In this document: piece after piece, positions 1 through 13,000 of the stretch
Position numbering within the stretch: the first letter of the stretch is position 1
How the letters are laid out: each line of letters begins with the position of its first letter
Source: an uncultured bacterium
Lineage (GTDB): Bacteria > Margulisbacteria > WOR-1 > CAVSGV01
Direction: 5' to 3'
DNA: 32,000 nt
NCBI GenBank assembly: GCA_963699255.1
Contig: OY969425.1
Location: forward strand, 480,001-512,000
Program-made: the position numbers and the translations under genes
Notes under the pieces: model-generated
Databases searched by the model: none
Seen by the model: the letters and a program-made list of their open reading frames with translations, nothing else
Told to the model about the DNA's origin: nothing

Positions 1-1
1 T

Positions 2-556
2 GGGATATTGTGCGAGGGCATTCTAAATCTATCAAAGTGTGAGGTTTCTGGCAACACAGGAGGGTTCGGTGGGGGTGTTGTATGTTTATATAATGGCAAA
101 ATATCAAATTGTTTGATAACCAATAATATCGCGGGTGGGATATCTCTTTTCGATTATTATGGGATGAGTGTCGATGTTGTTAATTGTACAATTGCATCAA
201 ATGAATCACAAGGTAGTTATACTCCAGGAAGAGGTGTTTATTCTTATTATAGTTTAAGTAAAATAATTAATTGTATAATTTGGGGTAATGTATCTCAAAT
301 TAGCGTCGCGACTGATAATTATGGTGATCCATATGGAACATTAACAGTTAATAATTGTGATGTCCAAGGTGGCTATACAGGCGTTGGCAATGTTGATGCA
401 GATCCCTGTTTTTCATCAGGTTCCGATTTTCATTTAACAAGCAGTTCCCCTGCAATTGCAACGCAGGGTGGCACACAAGAGGGTTGCCCAGCTTGTGACT
501 ATGATGGGCATACAAGAACATATCCATATTCGATGGGAGCATATGAATATGATTAA
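2..556 (+). CDS. C-terminal part (5' end outside window) of a secreted right-handed parallel beta-helix repeat protein
   Basis: The frame is open to the window edge. It has repeated N-C-x-(I/V)-x-x-N rungs (SKCEVSGNTGG, ISNCLITNN, VVNCTIASN, IINCIIWGN, VNNCDVQGG). The closing tail NVDADPCF...DFHLTSSSPAI...DYDGHTR...MGAYEYD is typical of beta-helix / choice-of-anchor-Q-type surface proteins. Confidence 0.6.
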   Translation, partial: GILCEGILNLSKCEVSGNTGGFGGGVVCLYNGKISNCLITNNIAGGISLFDYYGMSVDVVNCTIASNESQGSYTPGRGVYSYYSLSKIINCIIWGNVSQISVATDNYGDPYGTLTVNNCDVQGGYTGVGNVDADPCFSSGSDFHLTSSSPAIATQGGTQEGCPACDYDGHTRTYPYSMGAYEYD

Positions 557-601
557 CGTTTCTTCATATTTTCGATTATATTATGAAAGGAAGTATTCTA
601 A

Positions 602-1093
602 ATGAATAAACTGATCCGATCGATCACCCCGGTTGTGCTAGTCTTGTTTGTTTCCGTCTTTGTTTGTCCATGCTGGGCAAAAGAAGGAGATATAACGGCA
701 AAGGTTGAGATGCAAGGCGGAGTTGATCAAGGCACAATATTTGTAATGAAAGCGAGCTTATTCCGAGAAGATGCTTCGGGTATGAAGAATCCAATCTTAG
801 AAAACAACGCCATTAGGATTGAGGTTCCTGATGGATTCAATGTTCGAAGCGAAACAATTTCAACCACCAACGAAGGACAACACATATATCAGATAGTTGC
901 CCCAATAAATGAAAAAGAGTATCCCATCACATTAATATTCGACAATCAAAAAGAAGCCCCTTTGAGATTCGGCTATAAGATCAAAGTTGTTAATCCAGGA
1001 TCATACTATATGCAATTAGCGATAGGTTTTGGAGTGGTAATATTACTGTTGATCGGCTTAAAAGTGTTTTGCGATTCTTTTATAATAAAATGA
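602..1093 (+). CDS. Small exported membrane-anchored protein, family 'A' copy 1 (signal peptide + ~100-aa beta-rich body + C-terminal TM helix)
   Basis: The ATG is preceded by GAAAGGAAG. There is a signal peptide (MNKLIRSITPVVLVLFVSVFVCPCWA) and a C-terminal hydrophobic helix (LAIGFGVVILLLIGL). The stop overlaps the giant-ORF ATG (ATGA at 1090-1093). Paralogues start at 21751 and 22548. Confidence 0.75.
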   Translation: MNKLIRSITPVVLVLFVSVFVCPCWAKEGDITAKVEMQGGVDQGTIFVMKASLFREDASGMKNPILENNAIRIEVPDGFNVRSETISTTNEGQHIYQIVAPINEKEYPITLIFDNQKEAPLRFGYKIKVVNPGSYYMQLAIGFGVVILLLIGLKVFCDSFIIK

Positions 1094-4000
1094 AAACAAA
1101 ATTAACTTTATTATTAATGATGTTTATGCTGCTGTTTTTAAGCAAAGCATTTTTTAGTTGTTATGGCGTAGAATCAGTAATCAAACCCTCACCCAATTAT
1201 TTAGTAATTTTGGTTCACGGTATAGCTGAAACCAGCGATATATTTGATGATGATGGTAGCGGTCATCTAAAACCTTATCTAGAAGATTCCCTAAGTCTTC
1301 CAGGCTATGTCTATGCTTACGATTTTAATGATAACAAAGGATCAAATGTTGTCGCCGCAGATGAACTAGGCAATCAGTTTATCCCTCGGGCATTAAATGA
1401 TTTTAAAGCATGGTATGCCAGTAAAAACCACATAGCAGTTAATGATATCCCGCAAAATGTTATCCCTCAAAAAGTCGTTTTAATAGCCAAGAGTGAGGGC
1501 GGCCTAGCTTCCAGAGTGTACCTGACTTCCAATTATTATCATGATAATGTAAGAAAGCTCATCACATTGGATACCCCTCATCTAGGCTCAGATGCGGTAA
1601 CTTACAAAAAGCTACTATATACACCGGAGAATGTTGCCATGACTATGGCATATGCTGGTGTTGGCTTGGGATACATAATATTGCAAATGCAGGCACATAC
1701 AGCTTCCTTTGCGGATATATATTTTGATGGCGCGATATTTGCAGGGATTGTATCGCCAACAGAGCAGTTCATTTTAAAAGATTTTGTTGCAAAATGGGGC
1801 GATCCTGCCCTAGATGAGATGGACCCGGAAGGGGATTTTATTAAGCATTTGAAAGGTGCTGAAGTCCTCCCAAATAAATCGCCGATTGAATACCGATTGG
1901 TTTCTGCGCATGGCTTTCCATCTCCGGATATAGAAGGGATTAAAAGCTTTTATTTGCTTAAAGGAATTCCTCTAATTAATGCCATTGCAACCCCTTTTGA
2001 CAGCAGATATTGGGATCTTCCTACCACACAAGCTAAGGTTGAAAGTGTGGCAGCAGCAGTTGCAATTTCCGGAGGCACCTTTACAAAAGATGGGAGCATT
2101 GTTGTAGATATTGATAGCGCGTATGGACATGGAGTGTCGTTGTTTAGTCAAAATACAAAAAGATATGACTATCTCTTTTATAATGAACCGGTCGAAGAAT
2201 TTCTGAATGTCCAAATAAACAATGAGTACAATGATATTCATGCAGTCCAAGCCCTATCTGGCTTCAATCCAGCCTTAAATTGTCTGGATCTTATTCCTAT
2301 CGCTGATATGGGGAGTGTAATAGCTACTAATCTTGGCACAGCAATTGATATTGGGACTATTAAGATTGGTGGCGAAAAGGAAGATAGTCTTATATATAAT
2401 GCTTTTGCACATCATCATCTTGTTGAAAAGGTTTACTCCGAAGGCTCCCCCAACATCATAGATCAATGTTTGTTCGACACCCCCATGGCCACCGTCACTC
2501 ATCTTGACACCGATGTCTCGACTGAAGAATACAATATCAGCCAGAAGATCGTTCATACTGGCACAATTCAGCCTGTCGAGATCCTAAATACTTCCGAAGC
2601 CAGCGATACCCCGCCTTATGCAGCCGATCGTTCTGTTTCCCTCATCTTCAATGAAGGAACAACTAATGAAGTAGAGAAATATACATCATCCATGCTTGTG
2701 AAGGCCCCCGTCACTCAAATATCAGGAGTAATCCATGACTTTAAACCCTTGATGCTTCAAAGCTTCCAGATAAGTGAAAACTTTGCGGCATGGCAGGAAT
2801 TTCATCCGAACACCTGCTCGACGCATACAGATCCTCAGGGGTTTAAATATATCGATGTTGACGCGAATAAATTTCATCTTCATATGGACGAATGGGGAAA
2901 ATACACGATATCGGGTCTTAACTTTGCCGAGGGACAGAATCTGATCGGATTCAAGCTGACAAACAGGGCCAAATACAGCTCGAATCAGGTTTTGAAGGTG
3001 ATACAAAATACCATCCCCATGCAAGCCTCTAAATATCAGCCTGAATCGAATTTTATGACCAATAATGTCTATCAGCCCATAAGTGTTGAATTCAATAAAT
3101 CCACTTACTACGAAGACGAAGCGGGGAAAATTCAGATCGTCTCATTCGAAGTGGATGGAACGCCAATGCTCAGCAACGCCAATATAACTTCCGAGATCGA
3201 CGGAGCCTACCATCCCTATGCAAGAGTGAATTATACGCCCAAAACGCCGTTGTCCGACGGCGAACACGCGATCGTCGTCAGCGCAAAGTCGGACGTCGGC
3301 GTATCTCAAGCCATCTGGGCATTCTTTGTCGATACCCAGCCGCCGACTATATCGATCGAGGCATTGTCTCCTTTCTCGCCGCGCGCTCCCGGGACCGGCG
3401 AGGCGAACAACATATCGATCCGATACACCACAACAGACAACCTCTCGACATTTCTCAGAAGCATTACAGCCAGACTCTACGACTCGAATAATAACTTTAT
3501 TACTGAATTAGCTACATTTGATACACAAGCTGTTGGCGAAAACTTTATTCCTGTAAACAGTACACAGTTAACTGTAAACGGTTCTTTGATCCCTGACGGT
3601 AATTATTCGATCAAAATAAAAGCGTATGATCAGGCCGGCAATGTCACCACCGAATCTGTTGCTTTAGTAATCGACTCGACCCCGCCATCAATAATCCAGG
3701 CTGATGTCAACCCGAAACCTATGACCTCTAATTCAGATTCTCTAAACTTTAGCTCCCAGCTTTCGGAAAATTCGATAGTCACGATAAAGATGATAAATAA
3801 AGCGACAAATGTAGCTTCTGCTTATATAACACAGGCGCAAAGAGCGGGAAGTGAAGAGAGTGCAACAGCTTCCTATTCCTGGAGCTACAATAATCAATTC
3901 GGCTCCAACGGCCCCGACGACGGAATATACAGGCTGGAGATCACCGCCCAGGACCAGGCCGGCAACGTTTCCGATCCGTATGTTATCGATAATGTTAAGA

Positions 4001-7000
4001 TCGACCGAACTCCGCCGTTCATATTCTCGAACGCATGCCTGCCTTATGTGCTTGCAAATGTCGGCAACGATCCATACACAACAACTCTCAGTTATCAGGT
4101 ATCGGAATCAAATGACAAACCTGAGAACCAGGATGAGAGCTGTAATGTAACCGTCAGTTTATTTAATGAGAACTCAGGCGAGCTGATCAAGACATGGGAC
4201 AATGCGCCGGCGAATATCGGCGAAGTGAACTCGATAAACTGGAATGGGGATTCGACCCAGTACGGCAACGGGTCTTATAAATTCGCGATAACCGCTACGG
4301 ATGCATCCGGCAATTCTTCTACCGCGTATTCTTCCTGCGTCAAGAACGGCATCGCTCCTGTAATTTCATTTCCGGCAAATAACGGAACCGTATCCGGAAC
4401 TATCGCTATTCGCGGCACCGCAGTAGACCCCGACTGGACGAACAACCTGCCGTTCAAAGATTACAAAATATACTATGCTAATGGAAATGTGCAGTGGACA
4501 GGGGGCAGTGGGCAGGATCCGGATCCGTCTGTGTGGAGATCCGACGTTATCGAAGTCCCGGATGTTGACCGCGATCCGGCATCCGGTATCAGGAATCTAT
4601 CAATAAGGCCTTTGCAGAATGATTCCACACTCGCTTATCTCTACTCTAATGGGCTTGACAATGGAACTTACACTTTACTGCTTATCGCGGAAGAGGACGG
4701 AGGCACAACGTCGGCCTGCACAAGGGTCATCCGGGTCAGCAACGATCCTATGATAACGTCAACGAATGTTCCTGTGGTGAAACTTGACCCGCTTCCCCAA
4801 AAAGTCCATTTCACGTCTGACGGAAAAGTTACTCTTCCGATCTCGTTCATGAATGGGATCAAGGAATCGAACGTCAATATTGAAATAGCACAATTACACA
4901 ATTCCACAATGACCAATGAAGGTATTGTATTTTATAAATTCCAGCCGGACATCATCGGCAATCAGTACACAGGCAAACCGCAATATATACCCGGTAAAGA
5001 TCTAGGCTATTACCTCTGGACCGACGAGACCGGATGGCACATCCGCTGGTCATCGGACGGGACAAACCACCATTTCACGGGCAGTTTGATGGGGTCAGGA
5101 ATTACGGATATCCAAACCTTCAATTGGACTCCGTCAGGACAGGTACAGGGCTTTGTTAACTGGGATACGAATATGTCAAATGGCGAATCCGGCATTGACT
5201 TTACCGCGAACAGCGGCGGAATGATCATAATTACTCCGAAGATCGACGAAGATCCAAATGTACCCACTTTTAATGCTTCAAACATATATTTAGGCATGAC
5301 AAAAGCGACACAGGCATATTTACCCATCATGATAAACACTTCAATGGAAGGTGTCGCGCCGGCAGTTGTCAATTGGGACGGGAAGCTTGATACCGGAGGA
5401 TATGTTGATTCCGGCGTATATACCGTCCGAGTGCGTTCCGAAGGCGCGGACGGGGTCGGGCTTGCAACGGACGAAGCTCAGGTAGAGGTTGAAACGGACT
5501 ACGATGTGTCAAACGTTGAGACTGTCAATAACAGCTTCTCGCCGGTAGGCGCTCCCGATAGAGTGTCGATCTATTACAATGTTTCAAAAGATTCATATAT
5601 CACGGCCTATGTCTATCAGGACGGCAGCGGTACGCCTGCCGCAACCATAACCAGCGAGGCCTTCGTATCAGGAAATATGAACCCGAACCATAAGCATGTT
5701 ATTAACTGGCGCGGCAATTATCCGAACTCTGATTCCACCCAGTTCTTCAGCGGCGGCGGGTTCAATATAAAGATCATCGCGACTGCGGCTGACGGCTCCG
5801 GCAGTAAAGAGATCAATATCGACGGCATAAGTATTGCAGGAACAAGGACCGACTCAAGCCTTGCAAGCCTCGATCCGATAGGGGATGAGGTTATGTTCAA
5901 CGGCGTTCCTTCCAGGATAGCGAACGGCTCATCGGATTATTTCTTTGAAGCCCGCGGAACGGGGCGCCTGTATCCACCAAAGGAATTCAGCTTCAACATC
6001 GCTCCCTACGGAAGACAAACTGTCACTACTTATCCTTATGTTCCCTTCGCAGCGTTGATCCATAGGGGATATAAGCAGGTGGATGTAAAAATGCGCGGGG
6101 AGCTGAGCGGTGCAATAAGGGAGCATTTTACAGAGGGATCAGCTGGCGCAAGCGAACAGATACATACAGAAGGGTTTCGTGTCGGGCTTGATGAGATGGC
6201 GTGGGGTTTCAGGAGCGATAAAGAAGAAATGAACGCGGCCGCACAAAGAGGCCCTTATGCAATTTATTTGCGCGGCAAAAGTGTGAATAGCATATATGCG
6301 GGCAGGAATGCCGGCGCAACGACAAAATTCTACGGCAGCCCGTATCTTTCTTTGACTTTTAATACAGGTAGGGGGGATCCCGGTTATTTCCTGGATAATA
6401 TTGACAATATCCCGGTTATGGAACAATTTGATATAAACATTCCTCCGACCGTGGAAAGCCAGGGAGACGCAAAAGAAAATGATTATATAAAAGGAATATT
6501 GGAAAATATGATGAGTAAAATGACCCTGGACTACCCGAGCACAAAAGGGATGTTCAAGGTCGAGATAAATTATGACGATTTCAAGATAAATAAACATACA
6601 GATGCCGCGTCATCCAGTGGATTCATTTTTTCTCCCCGCAGGAGGGTAGCTACTATCCAGCCGCCAATCGGGAATAACGGATCGGATTTCTGGTGCCGCG
6701 CCAGGGTCATGCTTGAGGCGCCCGTCCAGTATTCGCGATTGACCAACAGGTTTATTCCCTTTTTTGGCTTTGTAAATAGGAATGTGTCAACTTCAGAATC
6801 TTTGGCGGGAGCTAATTACAATATAGACCAACTAGGTTTCCCTGGAGATGAGTTCTTCAATAAATCGAATGCAAAGCCGTATAATGAGTACGACGAAATG
6901 CTTGCTTCCGCTGCGGCAAGGCAGAACATGTCTAAAGCAGATCTGATTAAAGCTTTGAGCGATTTGAGCATCCAAAAGAATTATATCGGAACGTTAACAG

Positions 7001-10000
7001 CTCCAACATGCACAGCCAGCTTTGAGTATTATCTCACTGACCCGATTTCCGGCGAGTTCGGGGATATATTGCCGGGAACAGAGATCATCCCGATAACCGT
7101 CCCGGACGGTGAACAGCCGATACTTATTTCCGAAAAAACACCCAACAAGTATTATACCGGCGGTGGAACGATCGAAATTCAAGGCCTACAGGTGGGCGCC
7201 AAAACCGATTATACAAGCGCTTACGATAATACCAATCATCTGCCATTTTTCTCCTTCAATTTCCCTGCCTCTGAAGCGGAGATACAGCAGTTCCAGAGCA
7301 ATAATGACGCGCTTCTCGATAAGTTCAAAAGATCGCCTTCGCTTTGGACGGGAATAAGCGCATCTTCTCCGCATGAGCTTGATATAACCTCGGTCACACG
7401 GTCGATCGAAGCTGTGACAAAACTTGGTCAGTCCATCAAATACGGCAGCAACGGATATTATTATAAATCGGATACGCTTGGCAGTCTCTGGGGATGGAAT
7501 TCGAACAATTATCCCAATGCGACAGATATCCGATATTCGATCGATGATATTTCGGACCAATCCATATCGCTTGATACCGACCAAACGGGAACCGGCGAGT
7601 TTTCAACAAACTCCTGCTTGATCGGGTCTATTCAGGGCGCGAGCGGTCAGATGTGGGCCACCGCCGATGACCCTATGCTTTCGGCTTTCGGCGGATGCAT
7701 TGCCAGCCGTGAAATATTCAACAGGGACGGTTTCAGCGGATATTCGCAATTTATAAATATATCCGATCCGTACATTAAAAATGTAGTTAATTTGCAGAAT
7801 ATGAACTCGCCGGACATGACTAAATATACTTTCTGGAAATATGACCCTGCTATATCTTCTATTGACGCTTTTAACCCCGTTGACAACCAATACCTGACCT
7901 ATGACAATTGGAGCATAGATCTTAAAGACCTGAGCGGGGGCGAAAACACGGATCTTGCCGCCGTAACGCCTGAAATGGACAGCAGCGACCATTTAAAAGA
8001 TCAATTCAAGGTCAAGCTGAGGCTGGATTCGGCAGAGAAGAAATATATCGACATAACAGGATACGCTTCCGGAGAATACTATCTCATGTATTTCGACGGC
8101 AACTCATGGAACCAAATAGGACATTCCCTGAAAGGCGCCAATGGAATGCTTGGATGGTGGAATGTATCCAGGCTCAACGGGAAATACACGGTCGTCCTCA
8201 AGCTTGCAGGAAGCGACATTATCTCTTCTCAGGATGTTTTGATCGGGAGCATCGTGAAGAATGATCATGTCACGACCGTTTCAAGCCCTTATAAGAGGGC
8301 AGAGGTCACCTTCAAACCCGGCGCTTTTGATAAGGACCAACTTGTGACCGTTACTCCGGTCAAAATGGACGAAATAGATATCTCGAACAGGCCACTGATC
8401 CCGACCGTTGGCCCGATAGTGGAAGTCAAACCTTCGCCCTACTATTTCAGCTGCGGTTCAACTGAATCAGAGGACTATCGTCCAACTTTAGTGTTCAAAT
8501 ATACTAAAGAGGATCTGTTAGAAATGTACCCGGACCTTAAAGAGGTGAACGGCACTTTGGAAGTGGCAAGCCTGGGACTCAATATACATCAGATCACTCA
8601 GAACGGCGATCTACAGGTCATTTCGGATAATAAGCAGAGCTATAACGACGGCATCTACGCGTTCGAAGGACCGCTCGACCATTTCTCAGAATACGCTCTG
8701 ATAAGGGGGAAATACAACCTTATAGCCCCGATAATCCAAACCGACAGGTATAACGTGAACTTTTCGCCGATAACGGTTTACGGCACGGCGCCGGCTGATT
8801 CGGTTCTGAACGTTTATGTGAGCCCGTCAAAAGAAGTTGATATTTCATCTCTTGGATCAATCGCCTCGCTTGACCTTCCCAAAAATGATTCAGGAATAGC
8901 GGAATTCAGATTTGACAGAATTCCGCTTGCCGCCGAAGGCGATAATTACATCTTCGTCACTTCAACACAAGGAGGAGCAAGAACATTATCGGATATCAGG
9001 GTCAATTATGACTTAACACCCCCAACCGTGGAAGTAGCAGCGGATATTCCCGCGTACTCACCGAACGGGGACGGCAAATTCGACATTGTCACCTACAAGG
9101 TCAAGTCGAATGAAGACGGAAAATTGTATTTCACTTTGCAGGGGACAAATGGGGACACGATAATCAATAATGAACTATCATGCGAAGCTGATGAAGAAAT
9201 AAAGATATACTGGGATGGAAGCCAGCTGTATATGTACCTGGGAGCCGATAAGGTCATTCTGGGAGAAGCGCCTGTCCGGGAAGACGGCGAATATGCATAT
9301 ATTGTCTTCGCGATAGATGAATCAGGCAACATATCAAATAATATCGTTGGGAAAACGATAGTCGATCGTGTCGCGCCGAAGATATCCGGACTGACCGCCA
9401 GCCCGAATCCTTTTTCGCCGAATGATGATCAAGTTAACGATACGACCACGATCTCGTTCGAGGTCAATGAACCCAGTTACGCTACCGTCAAGATCTTCCG
9501 CGGCGGCGAACTTTTCAGGTCTTATGGGTTTTCTATTCCCGATGCTCTAAGCTCTATTCCCTGCTTTACCTGGGACGGCAGCGGAGACCATAACGAACTG
9601 ATCGGCGGAAGTTATACGTATTATGTGGAAGCCGAGGACTCCGTCGGGAACATGTCGACTTCTGAAACAGGAACGATATTTGTTGATAGGGAGCCTTATC
9701 TGGTCCAGTACGCTTACTGCGATCCTTATTACTTTGCTCCGAAGAACCCTAAAAACAATATGACGAACGTCAAGTATTCTCTTTCAAGGGATGATGTCAA
9801 AGTGACCGTCGAGATATTTAACGGAACGGGCAAAGTGATCGCAACTCCGCTTGACGAACAGGTGGAAAACTCGGGGGAGCATCAGGTTTCATGGAACGGC
9901 GAAGGAGCGATCGATGGGACATACGGTTTCAGAGTGAAGGCGTTGAGCGTGGACGGTTCGGCTTCATGTGAGGTTACGGGAAATCTTGTGATCGATAATG

Positions 10001-13000
10001 AACCTCCAACAGTGATCATCAAAAGTTGCAATGTGGGAGATACAAGCTGTGAAGTGGTTTATTCGATACCTGAAGATGCGAAGGTAACGGTGAATGTTGT
10101 TGATCAGAACGGGACGGCAGTTGAAACCATTGTGACCGGTGAAACGCAGACAGCGGGACAATACGAGCCCGTCTGGAATTTCGATTCGGGGAATACGGAA
10201 CCCGGTGCGCAGTATTCATTCAAGATCTCAGCTGAGGATAAAGCGTTAAATACCGACGAAAAACAAAGCGCAACATTCAGTTTGCCCGGCCCGCTGGAAA
10301 TATCCGGTGTTTCCTCGGCTCCCGCGATATTCAATCCGAACAGCGAAATAATAAACAAATATACGACAATAAAATACCGGCTGTCTTCAAAAGCCGATCA
10401 ATCCCAGGTAACCATTAAAGTACTGACGGATGCCGGAGCTACTGTGAAGCGTTTGACGGACGGCGAATATCAGACGCCGGGATCATATTCGATCTTCTGG
10501 TACGGCGATGACCTGACGGGCAAAACCGTTACTGCGGGAAATTATACAATTGATATTTCAGCGGTCGATCCCCTTGGCAATAAAGCGAGTGTGCAGGTCC
10601 CTGTTATTGTGGCTGCAAATTCGTCATGCGTCCTTTCCGTGACCCCGGAAGTCTTCTCTCCGAACGGCGATGGCGTCGCTGATACAGCGACTTTCACTTA
10701 CTCTGTCGATTACTACTGGCAGTTGACGGGCGAGGCATATATTCAACTCGACGTCCTGGATGGCAGCGGAAATTCGATTTATACGTATTCAGACCATCAT
10801 ACTCAGGGCACGTACTCGCATATATGGAACGGGCAGGGGGCTTATGATGGGCAGTTCAATGCGGTCATAAAAATGACCGATCCCGCGGGCTCGGTGATCT
10901 ATTCAAATATTGTGCCTATAAAAGCTGATATGAAAGCCGGCTCGGCACTACCAGAAACAGGCTTCATTTATAATAACGGGTTCACTCCGAATGGAGACGG
11001 ACAGAGTGACACATGCGCATTCATCTATTCCATTGACGAGCCAAGTTATGTCACGGTAAAAGTCCATACGTTCAGCGCGACAGCATCTTATGACGCAACA
11101 AACCTTGTGAAAACCCTTGTTGATAATGTCCTGACGCCGGCCGGGACACAGGAAGTCATATGGGACGGCTCAACGGACGGGCCGGGAGATACCGACGGGA
11201 ACGGTTTCGTGAATAAAGGCGAATATGTTTTCGCCCTTGAAACTACGGACCAATTCGGCAACATATCGCCAAAGCAAGGCGCCACGGTCTGGGTTCAGGA
11301 TGTTCCTTTGAACATAAACGCTCCGTCTTTGATCGAGAACCCCACTCCGAAAGTTTTAGGATCAAATGGAAGCAACATCAATTTCGCTTTTACGCTTTCT
11401 CAAAGCCTTGAAGGAGAAGCACAGGAACCGGAAAAATTTACGATATCCGGAATGAAGATAAAGGCGGCGGGTATATATGATGTGGGGCGGGTCACAGTTA
11501 AAGTCTATGATCATGCCGGTAACCTTGCGGCTACTCTTGCGAATAAGCAGGTTTACGATAATAACGGGACAAAAACGGTTTCATGGGATGGCTCCGGCGC
11601 GTCGGAGGACAAATATACGATAATAGCTTCGGCGGAAGACTTGACGGGAGTCCCCGCGGCCCAGAGTATCAGCGGTGTAACTTATCTCGATAAAACCCCT
11701 CCGGTAATTTCGGGCGTTTCCATCAGCAGAAGTTGTTTCAGCCCGGGCATCAATGATGTATCAATTAACTATTCCGTTTCCGATAATCTCTCGGCGCTCA
11801 CGACCGATGTTGCCAACAAAGTCAAAGCCACGATCAAGGTCTATAATAATGATGTTCTGACTAAAACCATTACAGACGGCGTTACAAAAGATTCAGGTTC
11901 GGTTTCCGCCGATCTCTGGGACGGGACTAGGAACATCGGGGGATATGTAGGCACGGGCAATTCCGCAAGTAATGAACCGGACGGGGAATACACTATAAAG
12001 ATTTCAGCGGTCGATGTGGCGGGCAATACCGCGGAAGTTTCGCAGGCGGTTTATGTCGATACTATCGATCCTGATATAACGAATATTTCAATTTCTCCGA
12101 GTCCGTTCAGCCCCGGAGGAGCCAAGCCAAACTCAAACATAACTGCGAGTATAACCGATGAAAGCTCAGTGACATGGGAAGTGAAGATAGAGACTGGAGC
12201 AAATCCTGTAATTTCCTTCGGCTCCGGAACATCGGTCAGCTGCACCTGGAACGGGATGAACGGTATAGTAAGCTATGAGGGGGACGGAATTTATAATTGC
12301 GTCATAAGTGCTTTTGATGCGGCGGGGAATGTCTATCAGACCACCAGAGTTATTACGACCGACACCGTTGCTCCTGTTATAACCGCTTCAGCAAGCCCGG
12401 AATTCTTAAGCGGCAACATGGGACAGATAACAACGCTTGAGATGAGCATAAGTGACATGAATGACCATATATATTGGAATGTGATTATTGCCGGGAGCAC
12501 CGAGTCCGGAAGTGTTGAAGGAAATACAGTAAATGAGGTTTTCATCTGGGAGCCTCCGCATACATCTTCGGGTGACGGAAGCTATAATTTTGTTATAACA
12601 GCTACTGACGATGCCGGGAATACTCGGACAACTATTGAGACAGTATCAATAGATAATACTCCTCCCGTCATATCGATCGAATCGCCAGCCGGTCAAACAT
12701 GGCTAAAAGGATCGGTGTCTATTGATGGATCCGTTCAGGATCCTCATCCCGGAACATGGACACTTTATTATGCAGGCGGGATTATCGGATCCGGCACAGG
12801 GAACATATCAGATCAGCTGCTTGGCTCCCTTTATGTCGGCACTCATGATGGAGATATTGTCGTCTCTCTTGTCGCTACTGACGCGGCTGGCAATCCTGCC
12901 ACTCCTGTTTCAAGAGAATTGTATATCGATAACACTCCTCCGGTGTTCACATATATTACAAGTGAAGTCGGCACATCAATGCAAAATTATTTTAATCCAT

